A stretch of 44,131 bases of DNA from a virus, in the IMG/VR virus record IMGVR_UViG_3300029818_000004, positions 1 to 44,131 of that record, one strand, 5' to 3'. The notes below the pieces were generated by a model. It saw only the letters and a list, made by a program, of their open reading frames with translations, was not told the origin of the DNA and ran no database searches. Below, piece after piece: positions 8,739 through 17,795 of this stretch. The position numbers and the translations under genes are program-made. The first letter of the stretch is position 1; each line of letters opens with the position of its first letter.

Positions 8739-9059
8739 CTAGTTCGGGGTCCAAGCCGACCCGGCCTTGCCTGAAGGCTTGGCCTGTGCCGTCTGTGGCG
8801 CGGCGGGGGCGCTTTGCGACGCCTTGGGGGCGGGAACCGGGTCGTCGCCGTTGGCGGTCTTCGCGTCCGCCTTGGCGGCATACAGGGGCGGCACTTCGCC
8901 CGCCACATAGTCGAAGTCTTCCAACGGGTCTTCGTCGCGAAGCTTGACGGCGTTACGGACACAAACGTTGCCCGGCATTGCGTCAATTTCGGCTTGCTGT
9001 TCTTCCGACGGCGCGAAGCCGTTTACGAAGTAAAGCGTTTTGACGACCTTCTTTCCCAT
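8739..9059 (-). CDS. Small head-associated protein, paralogue A (106 aa, Pro/Ala-rich tail)
   Basis: Track ORF 8739..9065 starts at a TTG. ATG 9059 (MGKKVVKTLYF) has AAGGGA 9 nt upstream. Confidence 0.45.
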   Translation of the reverse strand: MGKKVVKTLYFVNGFAPSEEQQAEIDAMPGNVCVRNAVKLRDEDPLEDFDYVAGEVPPLYAAKADAKTANGDDPVPAPKASQSAPAAPQTAQAKPSGKAGSAWTPN

Positions 9060-9091
9060 GTTCAAATTCCCTTGCTGCGAACCTTGCTAGA

Positions 9092-9134
9092 TATGAAAGG
9101 GGCGACGGCGATAGCAAGGAACCGCCGCCGCCCC
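9092..9134 (-). terminator. Intrinsic terminator after the major capsid gene
   Basis: Minus strand GGGGCGGCGGCG-gttccttgctat-CGCCGTCGCCCC (12-bp stem with one G.U pair) followed by TTTCATA. Confidence 0.6.
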
Positions 9135-9145
9135 AACGTCAAGCG

Positions 9146-10108
9146 TTACGCCGCTGCAAGCAACAGAACGCCAGCCGTATCCTTGTGCGAAGTCGCGACC
9201 CGGTCCCAATTGTTCGCAGTCGCAAGCGCCGCGTCGTTCGGCGACTTGCCGCCCGACGTTTTGTCCCAACTGTAACCCTTGATACCAAGGTTATACGACC
9301 ATTCCGCCTGAACCGACCGCTGAATATTTTCGTCGCCGTTGGTCGTTTCAATGTTTTGGTCGAAATCGTCGTTCTGTTCACAGACAATTGCGCCAGCGGT
9401 AAGCCCGGCGATGTAATATTCGTCGGGGTCGGGGGTCGTGTTGATAAGCGACGGGCTGTCCGTCACAATGAACGGACGACCGAAACCGTCCTGCCGAACG
9501 TTGACCGTGCCGAAGGTGAACAGTCCTTCAGTGTTGGCAAGCGCCGTGCCGAAAATCGTGAACATGGTCGTGCTGTGCATCAACCAAGCGCGAAGGTCGT
9601 TCGAACGGTCGCCGAACTTGGCCGAACCGCCAAGCAAGGTCGCGAAAGTCGTCGGGTTGGCCGAAACGTCTTCGTAAACGTCGGCTTCGCCGGTAAGCGC
9701 CGCGACGTATGCCATAATCGACGTGTTCAGCATGTCCGCCATTGCAGCAACGGCAAGCTGTTGGCCGAAGACCGCGCCGCCCTGTTCGGGGTTCTGTTGT
9801 ATCCAACGGAATTGTCCCGGCGGCATGTTGACGGGCGGCGTCCCGGCGGCGACCTTGACCATGGTATCAACCAAGTGTTCAAGGGTCTTCGGCGTTACCG
9901 CGCCCGCGCCATAGGCGTTACGACGACGAACAAGGCCGTCGATAAGCGCCCAATGGGCCTTGTCGCTGAAGTCGCCGACAATCGGGTTGGAACGAAGAAC
10001 AAGCGTGTTCTGCGAAGCGGCGTTGAACAGTTCGATTTGCTGCCGAAGAACTTCGGTCATGCTTTCGTAAGTGTATTCGGAAAACACCGCCAAATCGGAA
10101 AGTGCCAT
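9146..10108 (-). CDS. Major capsid protein (320 aa)
   Basis: Follows the scaffold gene. Strong RBS (GAAGGGAATTTCAAAATG) and its own terminator. Size and position fit an HK97-fold coat protein. Confidence 0.7.
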   Translation of the reverse strand: MALSDLAVFSEYTYESMTEVLRQQIELFNAASQNTLVLRSNPIVGDFSDKAHWALIDGLVRRRNAYGAGAVTPKTLEHLVDTMVKVAAGTPPVNMPPGQFRWIQQNPEQGGAVFGQQLAVAAMADMLNTSIMAYVAALTGEADVYEDVSANPTTFATLLGGSAKFGDRSNDLRAWLMHSTTMFTIFGTALANTEGLFTFGTVNVRQDGFGRPFIVTDSPSLINTTPDPDEYYIAGLTAGAIVCEQNDDFDQNIETTNGDENIQRSVQAEWSYNLGIKGYSWDKTSGGKSPNDAALATANNWDRVATSHKDTAGVLLLAAA

Positions 10109-10162
10109 TTTGAAATTCCCTTCAGTTGCGGTGTTCTTCCGAATTGGATTGAACGAACCGCG

Positions 10163-10861
10163 CTATGATTGCTGTTGCGCTTCGGCGTTGGCCGCTTTCC
10201 GTTCCGAAATACGCGCGGCCAAATCGGCAGCGGACAACTTGGAAAGGTCGGGCTTTTCGCCTTGTTCGCCATCCTTCGGTTGCGTCCCGCTACCAAGGGG
10301 CTTGACCGTCGTTTTCGGGGGCGTCCCGCCGCCCGAACCGTTCGATGCTTTGATAATAGCGGCGAAATCCTTGTTGGCAACAAATTCTTCGCCCAACTTG
10401 TCGATTGTCATATCAGACGGCTTGCCGTCCGCCCCAAGAACCTTCGTAACGGGTTCGTCGCCGGTCATGTCGGTGATAAGGCGCGACCGAATGTGCGGCA
10501 AAAGAAGGCTTGGCGACGTGCTGATTTTCGTCGCCAGCGCAAGCGCCGCATTGTCAACCAAGGTCTTTTCGGCGAACGTCTTCAGCTTGCCGGTTTCCTT
10601 GGCGTGTTCGGCCTTCAACGTTTCAACGTCGGGCATGGCTTCAATTGTCGCCTTCGCTTCGCTAAGCGCGGTCTTGGTCGCCTTGTGGGCTGTCCGTTCC
10701 GCTTCAAGCGCACGTTTGACCGGCCCAACGTCTTCGCCCTTCGGCAAGTCGGCAACGTCAAGGACGTATTCGCCGTCGGTTTCCCCGGCGATGTATTCGC
10801 CCTGAAGTTCGGGCGTAAGCTTGTCGTATTGCGCTTTGTTGACTTTGAAACGAAGTGCCAT
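10163..10861 (-). CDS. Capsid scaffolding protein (232 aa)
   Basis: Charged, Ala/Lys/Glu-rich helical protein located between the Mu-F-like gene and the capsid gene. Confidence 0.6.
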   Translation of the reverse strand: MALRFKVNKAQYDKLTPELQGEYIAGETDGEYVLDVADLPKGEDVGPVKRALEAERTAHKATKTALSEAKATIEAMPDVETLKAEHAKETGKLKTFAEKTLVDNAALALATKISTSPSLLLPHIRSRLITDMTGDEPVTKVLGADGKPSDMTIDKLGEEFVANKDFAAIIKASNGSGGGTPPKTTVKPLGSGTQPKDGEQGEKPDLSKLSAADLAARISERKAANAEAQQQS

Positions 10862-10879
10862 GGGTTGAACCTTTCCTTG

Positions 10880-11794
10880 CTATGCTAAAATAAACCGTCG
10901 TTTGCCTTCATACTGCCGAAGCGTAAGCGGCGCGGTGCCTTCATAACGCGCCGAAGGCGACCCGTCAAAGGCATCATTCAAGAATACCGCCGGTTGACGC
11001 TTTGCCCACATATCAAACCGAAGGTCGCGCGAAGGGCTATTGGCGTAAACAGGGACGATTGACGACCGGCAACGAACATGCGCCGGGGGAACCGGCCCTT
11101 TGCCGTAAGCGTAGCGGTTGCCGTCGCGTTGACGGCAAACGTCCGTCGTCGCTTCGTCCATTATCGAAACCCATTCGTATTGACCGAAGGCTTTCTTGGC
11201 CAAAGTCATGTTCGCCTGTGCCGATAGGTGTTGCATGATAGTTGCAATGGCGGCGACGCTGGCGTTGTCTAGCTGGCGACCAATGCCGTCTTTATAGCCG
11301 CGCGACTTCGTTCCAAGAAACCCGTTGATAACTTCGGCTTTGGTCAAACGGTTCGCGTATCCGTTCGTCACAAGCCGTTCAATGCGGGTCATCGCATACA
11401 CCGCCGAACCGTTTAGGAAGGCAACCCAAAACAAGCCATTCGCGCCCATAGGTTCGGTCTTCGACGCTGCGAAGATTGGGGCGGGGTCGGCTTCGGTGTT
11501 GAAGTAAGTTCCGAAGGCTTCGGCTTCAACGACAACGAACCGTTCAAGCCATTCGACAAGCGAACGCAACCATGGGTTGAAGATTGACCGCATGGACAAG
11601 CGAAGCGCGACCAAAAGCTTGTTCAATTCGGTCTTGTTAGCGTCGCCAAGGTTTTCGTATTGGATAAGCGAAAGGTGCTTACGAAGTTCGAAGTCAAGCT
11701 TCCCCAAGACTTGCGGGAAGTCTGCCGACCGGCCCGCCTTCAAACCTTCCAAATAGATTTGATGACGAACCAATATGTCGAACAAGTCCGCCAT
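10880..11794 (-). CDS. Head morphogenesis protein, SPP1 gp7 / Mu F-like
   Basis: C-terminal DEATTDVCRQRDGNRY...PPAHVRCRSSIVPV matches the D..tc..C..ldG / P.HpnCRC signature. Lies directly after the portal gene. Confidence 0.7.
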   Translation of the reverse strand: MADLFDILVRHQIYLEGLKAGRSADFPQVLGKLDFELRKHLSLIQYENLGDANKTELNKLLVALRLSMRSIFNPWLRSLVEWLERFVVVEAEAFGTYFNTEADPAPIFAASKTEPMGANGLFWVAFLNGSAVYAMTRIERLVTNGYANRLTKAEVINGFLGTKSRGYKDGIGRQLDNASVAAIATIMQHLSAQANMTLAKKAFGQYEWVSIMDEATTDVCRQRDGNRYAYGKGPVPPAHVRCRSSIVPVYANSPSRDLRFDMWAKRQPAVFLNDAFDGSPSARYEGTAPLTLRQYEGKRRFILA

Positions 11795-13275
11795 TACACG
11801 CCCGGTTCGTTGTTGTTCGCGCCGGTTGCCGCTGCCATTGCGGCGGCTTCTTCAACCGCCTTGGCCATGCGTTCGGCGTCTTCCTGTGCGGTTTCGGCCT
11901 TCGCTTCTTCGTCGGTAAGCGACGCAATGCCGCCCCGGCGCAAGCTGTCCCGGTATTCGCTGAAGGTAATTCCGCCCGACTGCCATTCGGCGATAAGCGT
12001 CTTACGTTCTTCAGGGGAAAGGTTGACCAAGTCAAATTCGGTGTTCAGTTCATACGCAATGTTCGTGTCGTCCTGTCCGACGAAACGCGCGCCGAAGCCT
12101 AGCGCCCATTGAAGCGCCGCGCCGACGTTCTTTGCGATAGTTCCAAGAACCGACGTTTCGGAAACGTTGTCAATGTCCGCTTCGGTCGCTGTCCGCTGAA
12201 CTTGCGACGCTTCGACAAGCTTCGCGCCAAGCGCCAGCATTTGCCCTTGCTTCATTTCCATGGCTTCTTTCGCAAGGGTGTTCGGTTCGGCCTGAAGGAT
12301 ACCGGCGGAACCGTCGGCGGGCAACGGTATGCCGCCAAGCGCGCCAAGGCGGATTGTTCCGCCCATGGTATCGTCAAGCCATTTCTGTGTAAGACCCGAA
12401 AACCAAAACGTCGGTTGGCCGACCGTATAAACGCTTTCTTCATAGTCCGCCGAATTGCGGTAATGTGCGATGTTGATAGCGCAAAGGTCATACATGGGCG
12501 GCAAGTCAACGTCGGGGTCATTGTTGACGCTGCCAATGAAGACGAACGGAATTTCATTGAAAGGTTCGCCGTTGGCGTCCTTCGGCGTGTAACTTTCTTC
12601 AGGCTTCAACGCCGACTTGCTGCGATAAATGTCGATAACGTAATGGTCGTTTTCGTCAAGACGAAGAACCCTGTATTGGTTTTCGGTCTTCACTTCGAAG
12701 CCGTCCGTTTCCGCTTCGTAATCTTCGCGGAATACGACCATTGACAAAATGATACGCGCCCCGCGCCGCTTCACGCGCCAGTTGATAGCGTCTTTCGGCT
12801 TCACAAGCTTGAACATGGGCTTGACTTCGCCGGTTTCGACTTCGGCCCGCGACACGCCCCGGCTTTCGCCTTCAGGCGTCGTCATGTTCGGATAATCGAC
12901 GTAAAGTCCAACGCGCCCGTAACCAAGGGCGTAGTCAACAAGTTCTTGGGCAAGCTGTTGCATGGTCACGCCCGACCCGGTCGCGTCGATAATGACGGGT
13001 TCAAGCAACGACGGAACTTCAACCAACGGGTCGCGAAGGAAGACTTGGCCGCGCATACCAAGTTGCGTCCGTTGTGCGACGTTGAAGAAGTTCGCCCGCG
13101 TAAGATAGCTTTCGTAACGCGCCATGTTTTCAACCGACGTGTCGTCGGGGTTCGGCATGGGCAAATATTTCGCACGACGAAACTTCACTTGCTGTTCGCC
13201 CGCCAAACAATCTTCAATCAATTCGTATTGACGAAGCATGTCGCGAAGTTCTTTGCGCTGCGATGAAACGGGCAT
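11794..13275 (-). CDS. Portal protein (493 aa, DUF4055-like N-terminus)
   Basis: Size, and position right after the large terminase. AKYLPMPNP...YESYLTRANFFNVAQRTQLGMRGQVF resembles the DUF4055 portal signature. Confidence 0.7.
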   Translation of the reverse strand: MPVSSQRKELRDMLRQYELIEDCLAGEQQVKFRRAKYLPMPNPDDTSVENMARYESYLTRANFFNVAQRTQLGMRGQVFLRDPLVEVPSLLEPVIIDATGSGVTMQQLAQELVDYALGYGRVGLYVDYPNMTTPEGESRGVSRAEVETGEVKPMFKLVKPKDAINWRVKRRGARIILSMVVFREDYEAETDGFEVKTENQYRVLRLDENDHYVIDIYRSKSALKPEESYTPKDANGEPFNEIPFVFIGSVNNDPDVDLPPMYDLCAINIAHYRNSADYEESVYTVGQPTFWFSGLTQKWLDDTMGGTIRLGALGGIPLPADGSAGILQAEPNTLAKEAMEMKQGQMLALGAKLVEASQVQRTATEADIDNVSETSVLGTIAKNVGAALQWALGFGARFVGQDDTNIAYELNTEFDLVNLSPEERKTLIAEWQSGGITFSEYRDSLRRGGIASLTDEEAKAETAQEDAERMAKAVEEAAAMAAATGANNNEPGV

Positions 13276-13287
13276 GTGCGGCGGTCC

Positions 13288-14841
13288 TTACGTTGGGCGC
13301 TTAATCTTTAGTTTCGTCGGCGCGCGGTTGTCACTATTCATAGTCCGATACCGTATCATGTCATACGGATGGTCTTCGGCGTCGGTATCCACGTCGTCGG
13401 GGTCGTCTTCGTCCCTTGGCAATGTGGGCAGCGTCGCAATTGAAGCCCGGCAATTTTCCATGAAGAACATAGCCGGGTCTTCAGGGTGTTTCAATGCGGC
13501 TTCTAGCCGGTCGCGGATAAGTTGCAAACCTATCTTGCGCGACCCCGGCGACTTGTCGCTTTCCGTCCATGCAACGCCTTCGTCTTCCATCTTCTTCGCG
13601 ATGGTATCAACGGCGGCGTCTTGCACGTTCCGAATTTGGTTATCGGCTGGCCCGGCGTAAGGTTGCTTGGGGAACCAACCTTGTTTCATTTGTTCAATTT
13701 CGTATGTCTTGACCGCGTTCGCTACGTCCGACGACGACATACGAAGCCCTTTGTTCGACCCTAGCTTTTCGGTCAAATACAGTTCGCCGATTTGGATAAG
13801 CGTTCCGCGCGGCGGGCAGAACTTCCAAATTGTGCCGTCTTGAAATTCAACGGTCGCTTCTTCGCCGTTCGCTTCGGCCCACCAACCGATTGAACAAGGG
13901 TGTGACGACCCCCAATCCATCGCCCTGTCAATATACCAACTATCGGGAACCGTGAAGCGCGGCAAAATATGGATTTCTTTCTTCCATACGTCATCAACCG
14001 CGCCGCCCGCGACAATGTCCCAATCGCCTTCTAGCCAAGCCTTGCGCTTGTTTTCGTCGGTTATGCTATCAAGTTCGGCGACGTATGCCGGGTCAAGGTA
14101 TGGGTTTTCTTTATACGAACCGAAGATTGCAACTTGTGTCCGACGAATGGTTACGTCTTTCTTCAATGCCGGATGGAACACGACGATTTCGGTTTCAAGC
14201 ACTTCGCCGGTTGGGGCGGGGTCAATGAAGCGGGACTTAACCCAATTGTGACCCGGCCCGTATGGGTTCGTCGTGCTGAAGACTTCAAGCGGCATTGGCG
14301 CGACAAGATAGTTGCCGTCTTCGTCAACCGGACTGTCTTTCGCTTGCGTCCATGACGAACGGTTGCAACTCATCATCGCGTCGTATGCGTCCGACGACGG
14401 ATACTTGCAAAGTTCGTTCCAGCCTATGAAGGGAAATTCTTGACCGTGATAATTCCAATAGTCATCGGCCTTCAAGAACTGGCGAAACATCAATTCTTCG
14501 CCAGTGTCCCAAACCCATTTGTAATCGCCCTTGCTTTCAAGGAACTTGCAACTGTTGCCGAAGATGGTTCGGAACATGCGCTTTGACTTGATAATCAAAT
14601 CGTCAAGGTTCTTGTATTTGCGGTCGAAGATTACGCCGCGCCAATACGAACCATAGCCTTGCCCGACGTTCGCCGCAAAGCGCGCCAACTGGCAATCGGT
14701 TTTGCCCGGCCCGCGCGTCCCATGATAAAGGATATGCGAAGCGTCGGTTGAAAGCGCGTCTTCCTGTGACGTGCCGGGAAGGAACGCCCAACCGTCTTCG
14801 TAAACCGTTTCGTCTTCAGTTTGGACGGCTGTTGCGAGCAT
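13288..14841 (-). CDS. terL: Terminase large subunit
   Basis: Walker A GTRGPGKT near the N-terminus, 517 aa, and an acidic nuclease-type C-terminal half. Adjacent to the small subunit and the portal. Confidence 0.85.
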   Translation of the reverse strand: MLATAVQTEDETVYEDGWAFLPGTSQEDALSTDASHILYHGTRGPGKTDCQLARFAANVGQGYGSYWRGVIFDRKYKNLDDLIIKSKRMFRTIFGNSCKFLESKGDYKWVWDTGEELMFRQFLKADDYWNYHGQEFPFIGWNELCKYPSSDAYDAMMSCNRSSWTQAKDSPVDEDGNYLVAPMPLEVFSTTNPYGPGHNWVKSRFIDPAPTGEVLETEIVVFHPALKKDVTIRRTQVAIFGSYKENPYLDPAYVAELDSITDENKRKAWLEGDWDIVAGGAVDDVWKKEIHILPRFTVPDSWYIDRAMDWGSSHPCSIGWWAEANGEEATVEFQDGTIWKFCPPRGTLIQIGELYLTEKLGSNKGLRMSSSDVANAVKTYEIEQMKQGWFPKQPYAGPADNQIRNVQDAAVDTIAKKMEDEGVAWTESDKSPGSRKIGLQLIRDRLEAALKHPEDPAMFFMENCRASIATLPTLPRDEDDPDDVDTDAEDHPYDMIRYRTMNSDNRAPTKLKIKRPT

Positions 14842-15328
14842 CTGTGACCAACTTCATTTGACGTTCTTTGAAGCCCGTCTTCCAATCTTCGCGGTTCGCT
14901 TCGGTGACACGTTCGGGAACGCGAAGAACTTTGACAACGCGGTTGTCGTTGTTGTTGGTCACGTTTACGCTTCCCTTGTTGACGAAACCCAAAACGTCCG
15001 CCGCTTTGTAATATCCGTCAATCTTCACTTTGGCGTCGGTTGAAGCGTCCGCCGCGTCAATCATCTTCTTTACAAGTTCAGCCTTGCTTGGCGTAACGTC
15101 GCCCGCGCCTTCATAGCGAAGACGACCAATTTCACTTTGAACAATCGGGTCGTTCAACCATGCTTGCGCCGCCATTGCGCGGCCATAGTTTTCTTCGCCT
15201 TTGAAAATGGCATATCCGGCCATGTGCCGGTTCGGCCAATCGCGAACGCACAGTTCAGCGAACTTCAGCTTCAATTGAAGTTCGTCTTCGTCTGCGAAGA
15301 TAGCCGGTTTTTCGTGCGCCCATGACAT
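14816..15328 (-). CDS. terS: Terminase small subunit
   Basis: 170 aa, directly upstream of and overlapping terL. FAELCVRDWPNRHMAGYAIFKGEENYGRAMAAQAWLNDPIVQSEI resembles Terminase_2-type small subunits. Confidence 0.6.
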   Translation of the reverse strand: MSWAHEKPAIFADEDELQLKLKFAELCVRDWPNRHMAGYAIFKGEENYGRAMAAQAWLNDPIVQSEIGRLRYEGAGDVTPSKAELVKKMIDAADASTDAKVKIDGYYKAADVLGFVNKGSVNVTNNNDNRVVKVLRVPERVTEANREDWKTGFKERQMKLVTDARNSRPN

Positions 15329-15370
15329 GCCGTCAACCTATGCGACGAACGGCGCGAAGTCTAGCCCACA

Positions 15371-15661
15371 TTAGGGCGTCGTCGGGGTTTCTTCATGCCG
15401 CCGGATAGCGTCACGACGCCATTTGCCGATACCTTCGACTTGGGCGGCGCAATCGTCGCGTTGACGGCGTGTCGTGTTCAGTTCTTCGACAAGCTGGCCA
15501 TTGGTCGCCGGGTCGCCTTCGGACGTATCACAGGGCGCGACAAGCGCCGCGTCGGGAAGGTCCAACGGCGGGCGCGACGTTTCAATTGGGACGTAGGGCT
15601 TCGCGCAACCGGCTAGGCACAGGCTGATTAACCCAATCGTTGCTTTCGGGGTCATTTTCAA
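15371..15661 (-). CDS. o-spanin (outer-membrane lipoprotein, Rz1-like)
   Basis: Signal peptide with lipobox LSLCLAGC|A, followed by a Pro-rich mature part. The start is embedded in the 3' end of the i-spanin gene in another frame. Confidence 0.75.
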   Translation of the reverse strand: MKMTPKATIGLISLCLAGCAKPYVPIETSRPPLDLPDAALVAPCDTSEGDPATNGQLVEELNTTRRQRDDCAAQVEGIGKWRRDAIRRHEETPTTP

Positions 15662-15959
15662 TCGCTTCCCTGATTACTTCGCGCGTATGAACTTCGCGAA
15701 CGCGGTTGCCTTCAAGCCGGGCAGCGACGGCGGCGGCGATAGCGTCGTTGTCGATTTGGGCTTGGTTCACTTTCTTGATTGCATCGGCCAACGTAGCGTT
15801 CGCGGCGGTCACGTCTTCAACGCGAACTTCGGCGGCTTCAAGGTCGGCGGTCGTCTTCGTCAAGGTGTTGCGCTGCCAAAGGAACGCAATCAACAGCGCG
15901 GCGATAATCGCATACGGAAGAAGCTTCAGCGCAACTTGAACACCTTTGCGTTCCAACAT
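15582..15959 (-). CDS. i-spanin (Rz-like)
   Basis: N-terminal TM helix (LLPYAIIAALLIAFLW), then a coiled-coil periplasmic domain. Overlaps the o-spanin gene by 80 nt. Confidence 0.7.
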   Translation of the reverse strand: MLERKGVQVALKLLPYAIIAALLIAFLWQRNTLTKTTADLEAAEVRVEDVTAANATLADAIKKVNQAQIDNDAIAAAVAARLEGNRVREVHTREVIREAIENDPESNDWVNQPVPSRLREALRPN

Positions 15960-16285
15960 TACAACAAGTCCTTCAACAAGCGGTTGGTTCGTTCTTGTTC
16001 TTCGTATATGTCGCCAAGCCGACCAATCAAGCGTTCCGTCTTGCGGTTCGCGCTTTCTTGCGCTTCAGCTAACCTAGTCGTCGCCGCAATCAATTCTTTC
16101 GTCATTGAAGTGTCGGGCGTAACGGTAACAACGGCTTCGGTTGGAACGGCCTTCGTATTTTCAAACGGGTTGTTCTTCTTAACCCAACCGTATATCGCAA
16201 TTCCCGAAGTGACAACAAGAACTATCGTTGAACCAACGTATTGCCAAATCAACGGCAAGCCTTCAAGGTTATTCGTTGGTTCCAT
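15959..16285 (-). CDS. Single-TM lysis-cassette membrane protein (holin or antiholin candidate)
   Basis: One TM (GSTIVLVVTSGIAIYGWV) plus a charged coiled-coil tail. Lies between the 4-TM protein and the spanins. Confidence 0.45.
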   Translation of the reverse strand: MEPTNNLEGLPLIWQYVGSTIVLVVTSGIAIYGWVKKNNPFENTKAVPTEAVVTVTPDTSMTKELIAATTRLAEAQESANRKTERLIGRLGDIYEEQERTNRLLKDLL

Positions 16286-16742
16286 TTACTTCGACCCGCG
16301 TATGTTCGTCATAGACTAGCCTAGCATCTATAGACGACCGAAGGACGTTGTAAACTTCGAATACCAACAAAACGGGATAAACCGCCAAGCCTGTGTTAAT
16401 TACGCCTGATAGCGCAAGCCCAAGCGAAATTTGATACCAAAAGAAGCACGATAAGAAAGCCGTCGCCATTCGCGCAAACGGCGTTTCACGGCGCGAACCG
16501 TTGACGTAAAGGGACAACAAACGAATGAAGCCCATTACGCCGCAAGCCCAAGCCCAAGTCGTTTGACTGAACAAGCGTTCAAGCGTCCAATAATAGTCGG
16601 AACCTTGTTCGAAGGTCGTCGGCGACGATAGCAGCACAACGCCCCAAAGGAACAAAACCGAAGCGCACAACCATTCGGTCGCGCGAACGCTGAACTTGTG
16701 GTTGAAGGTCAAAAAGAATTGCATCACGGATGAACGTTTCAT
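16269..16742 (-). CDS. Four-TM membrane protein (holin candidate)
   Basis: Four hydrophobic helices can be read in the translation. Immediately downstream of the endolysin gene and overlapping it. Confidence 0.5.
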   Translation of the reverse strand: MKRSSVMQFFLTFNHKFSVRATEWLCASVLFLWGVVLLSSPTTFEQGSDYYWTLERLFSQTTWAWACGVMGFIRLLSLYVNGSRRETPFARMATAFLSCFFWYQISLGLALSGVINTGLAVYPVLLVFEVYNVLRSSIDARLVYDEHTRVEVNGTNE

Positions 16743-17662
16743 TTCGTTGATTGTTCCCGACGGGCTTCGATGAACTTATATACGACAAGCCCGACGCCGA
16801 TAAGCATAAGCAAGCCGAACACTACGGCGGCAATTGTGCCGAACGTTCCTTCGCCAATGTGCGGCTTGATTTCTTCAGCCGCTTGAATGACCGTTGCGCC
16901 GGATACGCCGACACTTGCCACAATCGCGCCGACGCCTTCCTTGGACTTGGTAACGGCCTTGTCGGCTTCGCGACCCTTGCCGTTGACTTCGCCGGGCTTG
17001 TCGCCAATCGCGGTCGGCAGTTCCGCCGGGGCAATCGGAAACGCCAAATCGTTACGCGCCATCTTCACGGCAATGTCAATCACGCCATGGTCGCCTTCGT
17101 CGGCGGTCGGGTTTGGCTTGTCGCCAAGAACCCGACGTTGCCAGCCGCGACCGAACGTCGAATACGTCTTCAGCGAACGAAGAAACGACATGCGACGGTT
17201 GCAAAACAGTTCAATGAACGCGACTTCGTCAACATGGGCGCAACGTTCAACGGCGGTAAGGGTCGCCGGTCCAACGTCGCCGTCAACGCTTACGGTCGGC
17301 AAACCGTAGTTACCGAAGCGTTCAATCTTCGCAAATTCGTTGATTGTGCGCTGAAGGTCTTTGATTGAACGACCCGGCCCGCTGTTCACCGCGTAGTCAA
17401 ACACGGCGTAATCAATCCCGGCGGGCATGACGTTGCAACCCGACGCGCGCCAATAGTTGCGGTAATAGATTTCTTCAACTTCTTCGTCGGTGATTAAACG
17501 AACCGACCGGGTCGGAAGACCGTTCAACCGACGATAACCGTCGTATGTGCGTTGAATGACGCCCTTGTTCGTCGCGCCGCCGGGGTCTTTGGGATGGTTG
17601 ACGTATCCGCCTTCATGGGCAAGCGTCAAAGCCAAGCTTGGTTCAAAGTGCGTTTCGGTCAT
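16739..17662 (-). CDS. Endolysin: GH108 lysozyme-like domain + PG_binding_3 domain + C-terminal TM anchor
   Basis: LAHEGGYVNHPKDPGGATNKGV (GH108 EGGY motif). DYAVNSGPGRSIKDLQ...VDGDVGPATLTAV (PG_binding_3). The C-terminus FGTIAAVVFGLLMLIGVGLVVYKF is a predicted TM helix. Confidence 0.8.
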   Translation of the reverse strand: MTETHFEPSLALTLAHEGGYVNHPKDPGGATNKGVIQRTYDGYRRLNGLPTRSVRLITDEEVEEIYYRNYWRASGCNVMPAGIDYAVFDYAVNSGPGRSIKDLQRTINEFAKIERFGNYGLPTVSVDGDVGPATLTAVERCAHVDEVAFIELFCNRRMSFLRSLKTYSTFGRGWQRRVLGDKPNPTADEGDHGVIDIAVKMARNDLAFPIAPAELPTAIGDKPGEVNGKGREADKAVTKSKEGVGAIVASVGVSGATVIQAAEEIKPHIGEGTFGTIAAVVFGLLMLIGVGLVVYKFIEARREQSTK

Positions 17663-17713
17663 GTTTCGGTCGCCCGGTTGGTTACGCTTCGACCGTCATA
17701 GCGCCGCACAGGG

Positions 17714-17751
17714 CAAAAGGAAACCCCCGGCAAGCCGAAGCTTACCGGGGG
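17714..17751 (-). terminator. Strong intrinsic terminator after the 184-aa gene
   Basis: Minus strand CCCCCGGTAAGC-TTCG-GCTTGCCGGGGG (12-bp stem, UUCG tetraloop) followed by TTTCCTTTTG. It is preceded by a second hairpin at 17770..17789 (CCAGCGCC-CTAC-GGCGCTAGG). Confidence 0.8.
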
Positions 17752-17795
17752 CGTCCCGCGACCCGTTGCCTAGCGCCGTAGGGCGCTGGCAGGGC

